Part shown: positions 25,428-32,926 of the stretch, piece by piece
Layout: each line of letters opens with the position of its first letter
Numbering within the stretch: position 1 is the first letter of the stretch
NCBI GenBank assembly: GCA_031412835.1
Contig: JANODS010000449.1
Coordinates: 1-34,031 of the forward strand
From: Acidobacteriota bacterium
Lineage (GTDB): Bacteria; Acidobacteriota; Terriglobia; Bryobacterales; Bryobacteraceae
Direction: 5' to 3'
Length of the DNA stretch: 34,031 bases
Position numbers and translations under genes: made by a program
The notes under the pieces: generated by a model
Databases searched by the model: none
The model's input: the letters and a program-made list of their open reading frames with translations, nothing else
Told to the model about the DNA's origin: nothing

Positions 25428-26909
25428 CTAAGTGGTCTTACCGCGTCCCCCGAGAAGGATGTTCCGGAGCCCGCGCCCTTGCTTTTTGTCTGTCGTCACT
25501 TGTTTGGGGGGAGTCTTGGAGGCTGCATCGCGCTTACTCGTCGACTCATTGATTGTCGGGAGAAACTCACGTGGAAACTCGAGAGATGGTTTTTGGTCAG
25601 TACTTGAGAACGGCGTGCTGATTTCCGGGGTCACGAGAACGATCAACTCGGTTCTCGACTTGTTCTCTGATCTGCTCTTGAACAGGGTGCCCAACAGCGG
25701 GATTGCGCTTAGGCCGGGGATTCGAGAGGCACTATCGGTGAGCCGGTCATCCATCAGTCCACCGATCACAAAGCTCTGGCCGAGGCCAAGCTCAATGTTC
25801 GTTTCGATGCGCCGAGTGGCCAGGGCGGGGATGTTGAAACCCGAGATGGAGACTCCATTGGCGATATCAATCGTGTTGACTTCCGGTTTGACATACATCT
25901 TGATTGTGTTGTTCTCGGTCAACTGCGGTTTGAAATTGAGTCGGATTCCGAATTCGCGGAATTGAATGGTGACGGCACCAGCGTTTCCACCGCCTTGGAG
26001 CACGGGCACGGGGAACTCGCCTCCGACAAGGAAGGTAGCAGCTTGGCCATTTTCAGTCGTCAGGTTCGGTTCGGCGAGAATCTGGAGAAGTCCTCGACCT
26101 TGCAACGCCTTCACGAACGCCCCGATGTTCAAATCCGGGCGAAAGGCAAAGATATTCAGAGCGTCCGAGATAGAGAAACGTGAGCTCTGGGAGGCGGAGC
26201 CGGCTCCGCCCCCGACCGACGTCGGCGACGGTGCCGGGTTTCCGCCCGGGTCGATCCGGCCGATTGTATTCCCCGCACCGGTACTGAGGAGATTGACACC
26301 GAAGCTCTCGGCGACATTCCGATTCAACTCGGCAAATTTGACGCGAAGCAAGATCTGTTTTTCGATCTTCGGCGGAGGCAATCTTAGATTGTTGACGACC
26401 GACTTCGCCATCGGAGTCGCAATGGCCAATGCTCGGTCGATCACGGGTTGCGCGGAGACTGTCCCGTTCAAGGTTACGGTATCGCGGGCTGACTGCAACT
26501 GGATGTCTTCGGCTGGAAAGGTTGCCTTCAGAATTCGGCGGATCGGTTCTAGATTGTGTTCCACGGTAATGTTGTAGAACTCTCGTTGACCTGCCTTGGA
26601 CCAGACGATAAGGGTGGCGTTCCCATGGGATTTCGCATGGAGCAGAATCTCCCGATTGGTCACGGCGACATAGTCGACCGTTTCGGGATTGCTCGTCGAG
26701 ATGCGACCGATGTCAGCGGGATAGTCGACCACGACACTGCGTCCGACAATCATCTTGAGCTCTTGCATGGTCTGGGCCTTGAGCGGCGAACCGCCAAAGG
26801 CAGCGCACAGAAACAGAGCCCCGGCAAACCGTCCAAGAACGGAAATCGTTCGACTTTTATGCAGCATAGTCATGGTAAATTCCTTTTCTTCGTTCGCGAT
26901 GATCAACAT
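25428..26909 (-). CDS. cpaC: Tad pilus outer-membrane secretin CpaC/RcpA
   Basis: The secretin core is ILAEPNLTTENGQAATFLVGGEFPVPV...IQFREFGIRLNFKPQ...GGL..D....IPGLS.IPLLG.LF.S. An N-terminal BON-like part is present. The likely true start is ATG 26873 (MTMLHKSRT..., with AAGGAA upstream). Confidence 0.9.
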   Translation of the reverse strand: MLIIANEEKEFTMTMLHKSRTISVLGRFAGALFLCAAFGGSPLKAQTMQELKMIVGRSVVVDYPADIGRISTSNPETVDYVAVTNREILLHAKSHGNATLIVWSKAGQREFYNITVEHNLEPIRRILKATFPAEDIQLQSARDTVTLNGTVSAQPVIDRALAIATPMAKSVVNNLRLPPPKIEKQILLRVKFAELNRNVAESFGVNLLSTGAGNTIGRIDPGGNPAPSPTSVGGGAGSASQSSRFSISDALNIFAFRPDLNIGAFVKALQGRGLLQILAEPNLTTENGQAATFLVGGEFPVPVLQGGGNAGAVTIQFREFGIRLNFKPQLTENNTIKMYVKPEVNTIDIANGVSISGFNIPALATRRIETNIELGLGQSFVIGGLMDDRLTDSASRIPGLSAIPLLGTLFKSRSENKSRTELIVLVTPEISTPFSSTDQKPSLEFPREFLPTINESTSKRDAASKTPPKQVTTDKKQGRGLRNILLGGRGKTT

Positions 26910-26926
26910 TGCCTAAGTAGCCTTGC

Positions 26927-27865
26927 CTAGTTTTTGCGCGGGCTGACGGTTTCAACCGTACGGATAGTCCCACGAAAGCTGATGATTTCGTCCGGTGGCG
27001 GAGGAGGGGCCGGCGGTGCCATGGGGGTGGGTGCCGGTGCGAGCGCCGCGGCAACCACGTTAGGACGGGGACGCGCGACTCGAACCGGGACGGCCTCGCT
27101 GTCGCCTTCCTGCGCCGGGCCGCGACTGTTCCGGTTCCGAGCCGGGCCGCGGCGGGCACCGAACAGGTCTCGAACATCGCGACCGGGGGTCTTTTCGATG
27201 TTGTGATCGCTGCCGTTGCGCAGGACGAGTTGGATGCGTCCTTCCTGACTTGCCAGAGTCAAGGTCTCGGCCTGATCGGGTGAGACGAGCAAGGTAACGG
27301 TGCTGGCATTAATCGCCTGGCCTTTGGCGTCAGGTTGGTAAGTCTGTCCGGCCGAGAGAACGGTGATGTTTTGAAGAACCGTCGTCGTAACGGTGTCGAC
27401 CGATTCGGGCGCTTTGCCGGTGAGCAGGATATCGACCCGCATTCCGGGGAGGACAAAACCTGCAACGCCAACCACCTCGGTTACCCGAACGGTTACGGCT
27501 CGCATGCCGACTGGAATGATCGGAGCGATGCCGAGTCCGCTTCCGCGGGCGGCGAGACGTCCTTCCTGGATGGGTTCGTCGAGCAGAATGTTGCTCATTA
27601 GGGGCCGATCCATGACTTCCTCTACCTTAGAGAAAGCGCCACGCGGGAATTGAGTTGCTGTCACTTTGACGATCTTGACGTCGCCAGGTTTGATCGTTCC
27701 CCCGACAGTCAGCGGCTTTGCGGCCACCACGATGTCTTTCAAATCAAGCTGTTCCGGTGCTTTTGTTGGTGCGCCGGCACGAGCCGTCATTTGATAGAAG
27801 ATGCTCGACACAACGAGTGCGAACACGAGGCTGACGCCTAATACGGTTGCGAATCTACGATCCAT
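26927..27865 (-). CDS. cpaB: Tad pilus assembly protein CpaB/RcpC (SAF domain)
   Basis: 312 aa with an N-terminal TM segment. The SAF-like segment is IVVAAKPLTVGGTIKPGDVKIVKV. The RcpC-like beta-rich core is followed by a Pro-rich C-terminal extension. Confidence 0.85.
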   Translation of the reverse strand: MDRRFATVLGVSLVFALVVSSIFYQMTARAGAPTKAPEQLDLKDIVVAAKPLTVGGTIKPGDVKIVKVTATQFPRGAFSKVEEVMDRPLMSNILLDEPIQEGRLAARGSGLGIAPIIPVGMRAVTVRVTEVVGVAGFVLPGMRVDILLTGKAPESVDTVTTTVLQNITVLSAGQTYQPDAKGQAINASTVTLLVSPDQAETLTLASQEGRIQLVLRNGSDHNIEKTPGRDVRDLFGARRGPARNRNSRGPAQEGDSEAVPVRVARPRPNVVAAALAPAPTPMAPPAPPPPPDEIISFRGTIRTVETVSPRKN

Positions 27866-27943
27866 GAGGTTTGCCCTTCCGTTTACGACTTGCTTTTTCG
27901 CCCGAGCGAGCCGGGCTGGTTTAGACGAGGTGAGGCGAGATGC

Positions 27944-28399
27944 CTACGATCTCGCCAGGAGAGTGAGCCAAGCACCTGCCGTGATGGCCGGTGCGTAGGG
28001 AATGAAAGGAGAGTTGGGGCCAGAGCGGCGCTGGATGGTTGCTTTGAGCCAACGAAAGCCGAGCACAGCTAAGGCGAGAATTCCGCCGACGCCCGCGGCA
28101 AAGATCGCAGCTTGAACAGAGGCGGTTGCGCCGCCGAGGATGGCACCAAAGCCAGCCATCAACTTGACATCTCCGCCTCCCATTCCACCGAGGAGGTAGA
28201 AGACGAGAAAGGCGCAGAAACCAACCACAAGCCCTAGTAGCGACGAGCCAAGCTCGCTCCACCCGCCGGTAACCGTGTGGTAGGCCACACCGGCAACCAT
28301 TGCGCCGAGAGTGGTCCAGTTCGAAATAGTACGAAAGCGGAGATCTTCGACCACAGCGGCAACGCCGACGAGGAGAGCCAGCAGAATCTGGATTTTCAT
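27944..28399 (-). CDS. cpaA: Prepilin peptidase CpaA/TadV (A24 aspartic peptidase, no methyltransferase domain)
   Basis: 151 aa and polytopic. The two catalytic Asp contexts are VVEDLRFRTISN and GGMGGGDVKLMAGFG. Confidence 0.85.
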   Translation of the reverse strand: MKIQILLALLVGVAAVVEDLRFRTISNWTTLGAMVAGVAYHTVTGGWSELGSSLLGLVVGFCAFLVFYLLGGMGGGDVKLMAGFGAILGGATASVQAAIFAAGVGGILALAVLGFRWLKATIQRRSGPNSPFIPYAPAITAGAWLTLLARS

Positions 28400-28605
28400 G
28401 GTCTTGCCCCCCCAGCCGAGGAGGTCGAAACTGGCTCTGATCGCCTTGTCGGTCTGGAAACGGTAAGCAGAGTGGGGGCAAGGATCCCCGAGCGGAGAGC
28501 AAATTCGGCCAAGGTTTGGCCACCCGGCAGTTCCCAGGATTCAGATTGCGATGTCTGGGCGGCAGCGATAGCGGATCGGCGCGACTTTGGAATTGGATGT
28601 GACAT
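28396..28605 (-). CDS. Flp/TadE-class prepilin-like small protein (69 aa from ATG 28605)
   Basis: MSHPIPKSRRSAIAAAQTSQSESWELPGG|QTLAEFALRSGILAPTLLTV SRPTRRSEPVSTSSAGGARP. The G/xxxxEF processing motif is present. Its stop overlaps the cpaA ATG (ATGA), and its ATG overlaps the TGA of the upstream 564-aa gene. Confidence 0.45.
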   Translation of the reverse strand: MSHPIPKSRRSAIAAAQTSQSESWELPGGQTLAEFALRSGILAPTLLTVSRPTRRSEPVSTSSAGGARP

Positions 28606-30299
28606 CACTCTTGGCCCTCTCCTGTAATTTCGGCAGAACGGTTGGTTTTCATTAGGCCATCTGTGACGATTTCCTTAGAACGTAGGTCCTGGGTACCAAG
28701 GCCCCCGCCGTAGACGTTGGAAGCCACTGTTAACACCCGTCTCGTGAACAAGATGGCGTCTTTGTCGGAGGCGACGAGCTGCCAATTCGGATCTCTCTTC
28801 AGGTGAGTCTGGAGCGGCCAGCCGATTGGCAGAAGCGCACTTTCAAACTGGTATTTGTCCAAAATCGCCGCCCATTCCGGAGCTCCGTTCATCAGGGCGA
28901 TGTAGTCTTTGCCGATTTCGGGACCAAAAAAGTCGCTTCGACCGTCGAAAAAAACCCGCTGTGTAACCGGAAAGCGATAGAGGAGGTAGTCGCCCCACTC
29001 ATCGGAGGCGAGCACTCGGCGACCGGAGATACTCTGGAGGTTCTGCTCGATTAGGGCGATCGGAAAGCGCTGGACCGGAAATTGTCGGGGCCAAGCGATT
29101 GGTTTGTCAAGGAAGATGAGGGCAAGCACGGGCGCGGCGACCCAGATGGAATTGCGGGAGAACCGAGGGAACAGGTCGGAGGACAGTTCGTCGAAGGTGC
29201 GCGTGATGGAACGGCGCGCGGACGATGCCACAAACGCCCGCCACCAATCGGAGAATTCGGCGGCGATACGCGGCGCGGCGACCAGGAGGAAGACTGGGAC
29301 GTGGCGAACGGCTCCGAGCGAGAGATGGGCCCATAGCAGCACCAGCAGAACGTCGCTCCAACGCCCTTTCCGCGCAAGGCCAGCGCAGGCGGCGGCTCCC
29401 GCCAAGAGAAGAATTTCGTAGAAGAACATGGCTTCGCTGCGGAAGACCGGTGATTGGAACTCGTCGACGACGTTTTTGATCCAGTCCGAGCGCAGGTAGT
29501 GGAAGACGTGAATGTGGAGTTGAATTCCGTATGGATTGATCGCGCTGGCAGCTAGGCACGCCGCGCCGACGACGGCGAAGCGCTGGGCGGTAAGGTACTG
29601 CCGACTGAGCAACTGGCCCACGACGATAGCCCCGAGGCAGGCGATGAGGGCGAGAAAGCCACCATGAAGATTCGCCCAAAGCAGAGTGAGAGGAACGAGC
29701 AACCAAAGGCGGCGAGTCGGGCGCTCCAATTCGGAATCGACTAACCAGAGTGCGCCAGCCAGAAAGAGTAAAGTGAACAGATGAGGCCGGGCTAGGTAGT
29801 GAATGGCGGAGCAGCCGCTGGTCAGCAGGATGATGCCCAGCGCCAATAAAGGCGAAGCCCCTCGCCAAAGCATATGCCGAAAGACGATGAGGAGATAGGC
29901 GGGGATGAGCATGCCACAGAACAGGACAACCCCTTTCAACCCGGCCCACTGGTGGAGGTAGGAGAACAAGAGTTCCGCCAGCCACTCCCACGCGAACCAC
30001 GGGGCACCGGGTTTGGAGAACGAAAACATGTCCGTGTAGGGAACGGTGCCGTTTTGCCGCATCCAATCGCCAGCGCGGATATGCCAGCCGGTGTCGCCGT
30101 CCGAAAGCAGCGCCAGCCAGCCATTCGGGCCGGCCAAGAACAACCAGATGATCAACGAGAGGAAGAGAAAATCAGCCAGCGATGGGGACCAAACAGAACG
30201 TTTGGGTTCAAGAGGGGAATCGGTCTGGGGAGTTGTCATTGAGTTGCGCCGCGATCCACATGCCCGAGGGCTATTAGGTTGATCGGACGCCCCCCCCAA
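28605..30299 (-). CDS. Polytopic membrane protein, GT-C-fold glycosyltransferase-like, with a C-terminal periplasmic domain
   Basis: It has about 10 or more TM segments. The first extracytoplasmic loop carries an acidic motif (SDGDTGWHIRAGDWM...PYTDMFSF...PWFAWEWL). ANLHGGF is also present. The soluble C-terminal domain reads VFFDGRSDFFGPEIGKDYIALM. The track start 30299 is TTG. ATG 30239 (MTTPQTD...) is more plausible. Confidence 0.6.
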   Translation of the reverse strand: MGGASDQPNSPRACGSRRNSMTTPQTDSPLEPKRSVWSPSLADFLFLSLIIWLFLAGPNGWLALLSDGDTGWHIRAGDWMRQNGTVPYTDMFSFSKPGAPWFAWEWLAELLFSYLHQWAGLKGVVLFCGMLIPAYLLIVFRHMLWRGASPLLALGIILLTSGCSAIHYLARPHLFTLLFLAGALWLVDSELERPTRRLWLLVPLTLLWANLHGGFLALIACLGAIVVGQLLSRQYLTAQRFAVVGAACLAASAINPYGIQLHIHVFHYLRSDWIKNVVDEFQSPVFRSEAMFFYEILLLAGAAACAGLARKGRWSDVLLVLLWAHLSLGAVRHVPVFLLVAAPRIAAEFSDWWRAFVASSARRSITRTFDELSSDLFPRFSRNSIWVAAPVLALIFLDKPIAWPRQFPVQRFPIALIEQNLQSISGRRVLASDEWGDYLLYRFPVTQRVFFDGRSDFFGPEIGKDYIALMNGAPEWAAILDKYQFESALLPIGWPLQTHLKRDPNWQLVASDKDAILFTRRVLTVASNVYGGGLGTQDLRSKEIVTDGLMKTNRSAEITGEGQE

Positions 30300-30304
30300 G
30301 AACC

Positions 30305-30970
30305 TTAGGCGGATTGTCGTTTCGCGAGAGAATTAATTTCAGTCTCCTGCCGCTGTCCGAGAATGCGGGCCGATTGCAGGGCGAGATCGAAGCGGTCTTT
30401 TGCCGCCGTCTTCTCGAAGATGTGCATGAGGTGGACCTTGACGGTGCCGGGCGTAATCCCGAGTTCGGAGGCAATCTCCCGATTCTTCAGCCCGCGCGTG
30501 ACCAGTTCCACGATGCCGCGTTCGCGCGGCGTGAGCGTTGGGTGAGCGCGGCCGGAGTGCTCCGCCCAAGCGCCGGACAATTCGGGCTCGATCCAAATTC
30601 TGCCCTCGGCCGCGTGGCGAAGGCATTCGCAAAACAGTTCAACCGTTTGATTCCGACGGATCACTCCACGGGCTCCGGCCTGCAGCGACCGGATCAACTC
30701 CGTCTCGCCCAGATCGGCGACCCAGAGAACGGCCGCCGAACGGGGGGAAAGAAGGACCAGTTCAGCGAGAAATAGGGCGCTCTGCCGATAGCCAGCCGCG
30801 TTGTCGAGCAGAACCACGTTGGGCTGGAGGGCGCGGATTTCGCTGCGCGCCGAAGCCCAATTCGGTGCGCTACCGCACAAGTTAAGAACTGGCGACGAAT
30901 CGCAGACGCGTTTGAGACCTTCGATCACCAGAGGGTGGGACTCGCACGCAAAAACGGAAATCTTCTCCAT
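30305..30970 (-). CDS. LuxR/NarL-family response regulator with a degenerate receiver domain
   Basis: 221 aa. The C-terminal HTH is LTPRERGIVELVTRGLKNREIASELGITPGTVKVHLMHIFEK. The receiver keeps the acceptor Asp (VVLLDN). The acidic pair is CE (FACESHP) and the conserved Lys position reads R (GARGVIRRN). Confidence 0.8.
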   Translation of the reverse strand: MEKISVFACESHPLVIEGLKRVCDSSPVLNLCGSAPNWASARSEIRALQPNVVLLDNAAGYRQSALFLAELVLLSPRSAAVLWVADLGETELIRSLQAGARGVIRRNQTVELFCECLRHAAEGRIWIEPELSGAWAEHSGRAHPTLTPRERGIVELVTRGLKNREIASELGITPGTVKVHLMHIFEKTAAKDRFDLALQSARILGQRQETEINSLAKRQSA

Positions 30971-31036
30971 CTTGAGCTATCGGCAAACATAGCCGAAACA
31001 CGAGGGGGCTAAGGCAAATTGGAGGGTGGACTAAGT

Positions 31037-31165
31037 CAATTCCCTGCCCTTGGTTTCGGGAAGCTGAAGTTGAAGAGGAAGGGTCCCCGAGAGTGAAAAC
31101 CGTGGCGGTCATTTAAAGCCCGGCCGACAAGCCCTCGCGGTCGGCGGCGGCGAGAGCGAAGCAGA
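31037..31165 (-). pseudogene. Decayed copy of the last ~130 nt (plus 3' flank) of the MFS transporter gene
   Basis: tcaattccctgcccttggtttcgggaagctgaag...cctcgcggtcggcggcggcgagagcgaagcagac aligns by eye with 31593-31737 (ttaattccctgcccttcgtctccggaagcccgaag...ccttcgcggtcggcc...ggcgggggcgagagcgctgaagac). Identity is roughly 70%, with one deletion of about 18 nt. Confidence 0.6.
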
Positions 31166-31218
31166 CACGCCCGGATTTTTGGCGATGTCCGTGAACGGAC
31201 GAGGAGGGAGGGGCTTGT

Positions 31219-31340
31219 TCAATTCCCCGCAGTTGGTCTCTGAAACCCGAAGATCAGGTAGCGACCGGGAGCGAAAACGCGGCGGTTATTCCGCGCGCGG
31301 CACCGCTGCCTTGGCCGTCGGCGGGGGCGATAGGGCCGCA
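31219..31340 (-). pseudogene. Second decayed copy of the MFS gene 3' end, with an in-frame stop
   Basis: tcaattccccgcagttggtctctgaaacccgaagatcagg...gcgcggcaccgctgccttggccgtcggcgggggcgatagggccgcagac. Translation gives GSGAARGITAAFSLPVAT*SSGFRDQLRGIE, against GIGAALGMTAAFFALGGLLIFGLPETKGRELT in the intact gene. Confidence 0.6.
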
Positions 31341-31386
31341 GACATGATCGCCGTCATAGCGACGCCGTTAAGGATTTGGGCAACTT

Positions 31387-31559
31387 GGGCGGGGCGATAT
31401 CGGGTGATCGCGGGGCGGCGGCGGCGCTTGAGAGCTTGGATAACTTTGGGCGAAGGGGGACGCGGGGCGGTTCCGGGAGTGATGGGGTCTGCGGCGGCGA
31501 TTGAGGGCCTGGCCAATCTGGGCGGGGCGATATCGGGTGGTCGCGGGGCGGCGACGGCG
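31387..31559. repeat. Two near-identical 40-nt GC-rich cores 133 bp apart, within two ~130-bp degenerate direct repeats
   Basis: gggcggggcgatatcgggtgatcgcggggcggcggcggcg (31387-31426) matches gggcggggcgatatcgggtggtcgcggggcggcgacggcg (31520-31559) at 38 of 40 positions. The flanks are also similar (gcttggataactttgggcgaagggggac versus gccagggcaagttcgggcgcggggggac). Each core contains the palindrome CGATATCG. Confidence 0.8.
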
Positions 31560-31592
31560 TTCCGAGCCAGGGCAAGTTCGGGCGCGGGGGGA

Positions 31593-32819
31593 CTAGGTTA
31601 ATTCCCTGCCCTTCGTCTCCGGAAGCCCGAAGATTAACAGGCCGCCGAGAGCGAAAAAAGCGGCAGTCATCCCTAGCGCGGCACCGATTCCTTCGCGGTC
31701 GGCCAGGGCGCCGATACCGGCGGGGGCGAGAGCGCTGAAGACGCGGCCGGCGTTGTAGCAAAGCCCTTGGGCGGTGGCTCGGATCCCACTCGGAAAGAGT
31801 TCGCTGAGGATGGCACCAAAGGCGCTGTAGTAGCCGTGGCCGAAGAAGCCGACAAGGGGGCCGAGCGCGAGCAAGAGTCCCGGGCTTTGGGCGAGGTTGC
31901 CGTAGAGATACGTCACGATGGCCGCACCGAAGAGGAACGAAACGAAGACGGGGCGGCGGCCGAAGCGGTCGGCGAGGAAGCCGAAGCTCAAGTAGCCGAC
32001 GAGGGCACCGAGTTGCATGGGGATGATCCAACCGGTGGAACGCACGATGCTGAGGCCCGCACCGCCTTTCTCAATGGGCGAGGCGAGGTACGCGGGGACC
32101 CACGTGAACAGTCCCCAGTAAGCGAACAGGATTAGGCTGGACATGCAAATCGATACGAGGACATAACGACGGAGCGGCGGGCGGAAGAGGGTGCGAAGCG
32201 GCACGCGCGGGGCGGTGGGCGACCAGACGGCCGGTTCGGGCACGGCGCGGCGGATCCATAAGGTCAGCAAAGCAGGGAGTATACCGAGGGCGAAAAGCGG
32301 TCGCCATCCGTAGGTCGGAAGGATCGCCGCGGCGAGTAGGCTGGCGAGGATGTAGCCGATGGCCCAGCCGGATTGCGTGATCGCGATTGCCTTCCCGCGG
32401 TGTTGGCTCGGCCAGGATTCGGCGACCAGGACGGTCCCGGCGCTCCATTCGGCACCGAGGCCGAAGCCGACGAGGGCGCGCCAGAACAGGAGCTGTTCGA
32501 AGCTCGTGGCCGTGGCGATGGCCGCCGTAAAAAGCGAGTAGGTGAGGATGGAGCCCATCAGAACCTTGGTCCGACCGTAGCGATCAGCCAAGTAGCCCGC
32601 GAGGGTTCCGCCGAGGGCCGCCGAAAACAGCATCGCGGTCGTCAGCAATCCGCTTTGAGTGCCCGAGAGGGCGAACTCCTTTTGGATCGAGACGAGGGCG
32701 AACGAATAGAGCATGACGTCCATGGCGTCGAGCATCCATCCGAGCATCGCGGCGAGAAGGGTCCTCCACTGGACCGGCGTGATGTCTTTAAAAAAGGACA
32801 AGCTCCCAATATAGGTCAT
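31593..32819 (-). CDS. MFS transporter (12-TM metabolite:H+ symporter type)
   Basis: MFS loop signatures GYLADRYGRTKV and GFLADRFGRRPV are present. The track start 32936 would overlap the divergent symporter gene. ATG 32819 (MTYIGSLSFFKDITPVQWR...) fits the usual N-terminus. Confidence 0.85.
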   Translation of the reverse strand: MTYIGSLSFFKDITPVQWRTLLAAMLGWMLDAMDVMLYSFALVSIQKEFALSGTQSGLLTTAMLFSAALGGTLAGYLADRYGRTKVLMGSILTYSLFTAAIATATSFEQLLFWRALVGFGLGAEWSAGTVLVAESWPSQHRGKAIAITQSGWAIGYILASLLAAAILPTYGWRPLFALGILPALLTLWIRRAVPEPAVWSPTAPRVPLRTLFRPPLRRYVLVSICMSSLILFAYWGLFTWVPAYLASPIEKGGAGLSIVRSTGWIIPMQLGALVGYLSFGFLADRFGRRPVFVSFLFGAAIVTYLYGNLAQSPGLLLALGPLVGFFGHGYYSAFGAILSELFPSGIRATAQGLCYNAGRVFSALAPAGIGALADREGIGAALGMTAAFFALGGLLIFGLPETKGRELT

Positions 32820-32926
32820 AAAAAGAACCGATACCGAACCGTGCCCAAGATTTTCTACAATGGGCTTACCGCGTAGTGTGACTGCCCCTTGTTGTGGCGC
32901 TTCCCGTTTATTTGAGGCAAGGCTCC

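Noticed and set aside
27921-28523. A 200-aa minus-strand ORF overlaps cpaA and the prepilin-like ORF in another frame. ORF 28277..28627(+) was also considered.
   Set aside because: These are Arg-rich shadow frames. cpaA has clear A24 peptidase motifs in its own frame.
17392-30297. Homopolymeric C/G tracts at gene junctions could be phase-variation switches. They are C8 at 17392-17399, C7 at 28407-28413 and C8 at 30290-30297.
   Set aside because: With about 30% G or C per base, a rough iid estimate predicts several runs of 7-8 in 34 kb on two strands, so the count is not unusual. Only the 28407-28413 tract lies in a putative CDS, and it sits in the last few codons.
31341-31592. The GC-rich 40-nt repeats with regular spacing could be a mini-CRISPR array.
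   Set aside because: There are only two copies. The sequence between and around them is itself repeated, so there are no unique spacers. No cas genes are present. The repeats relate to the MFS 3'-end copies.
31037-31737. The repeated copy of a gene 3' end could be the TR/VR pair of a diversity-generating retroelement.
   Set aside because: No reverse transcriptase gene is nearby. The differences include indels and all base types rather than adenine-specific substitutions. The target is a transmembrane C-terminus, not a ligand-binding fold.
30882-32031. ORFs 30882..31112(-), 31179..31601(+), 31286..31516(-) and 31354..32031(-) could be genes in the repeat region.
   Set aside because: They read through the decayed MFS-end copies or shadow the MFS gene. 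Their products are low-complexity or are frameshifted echoes of the MFS C-terminus.
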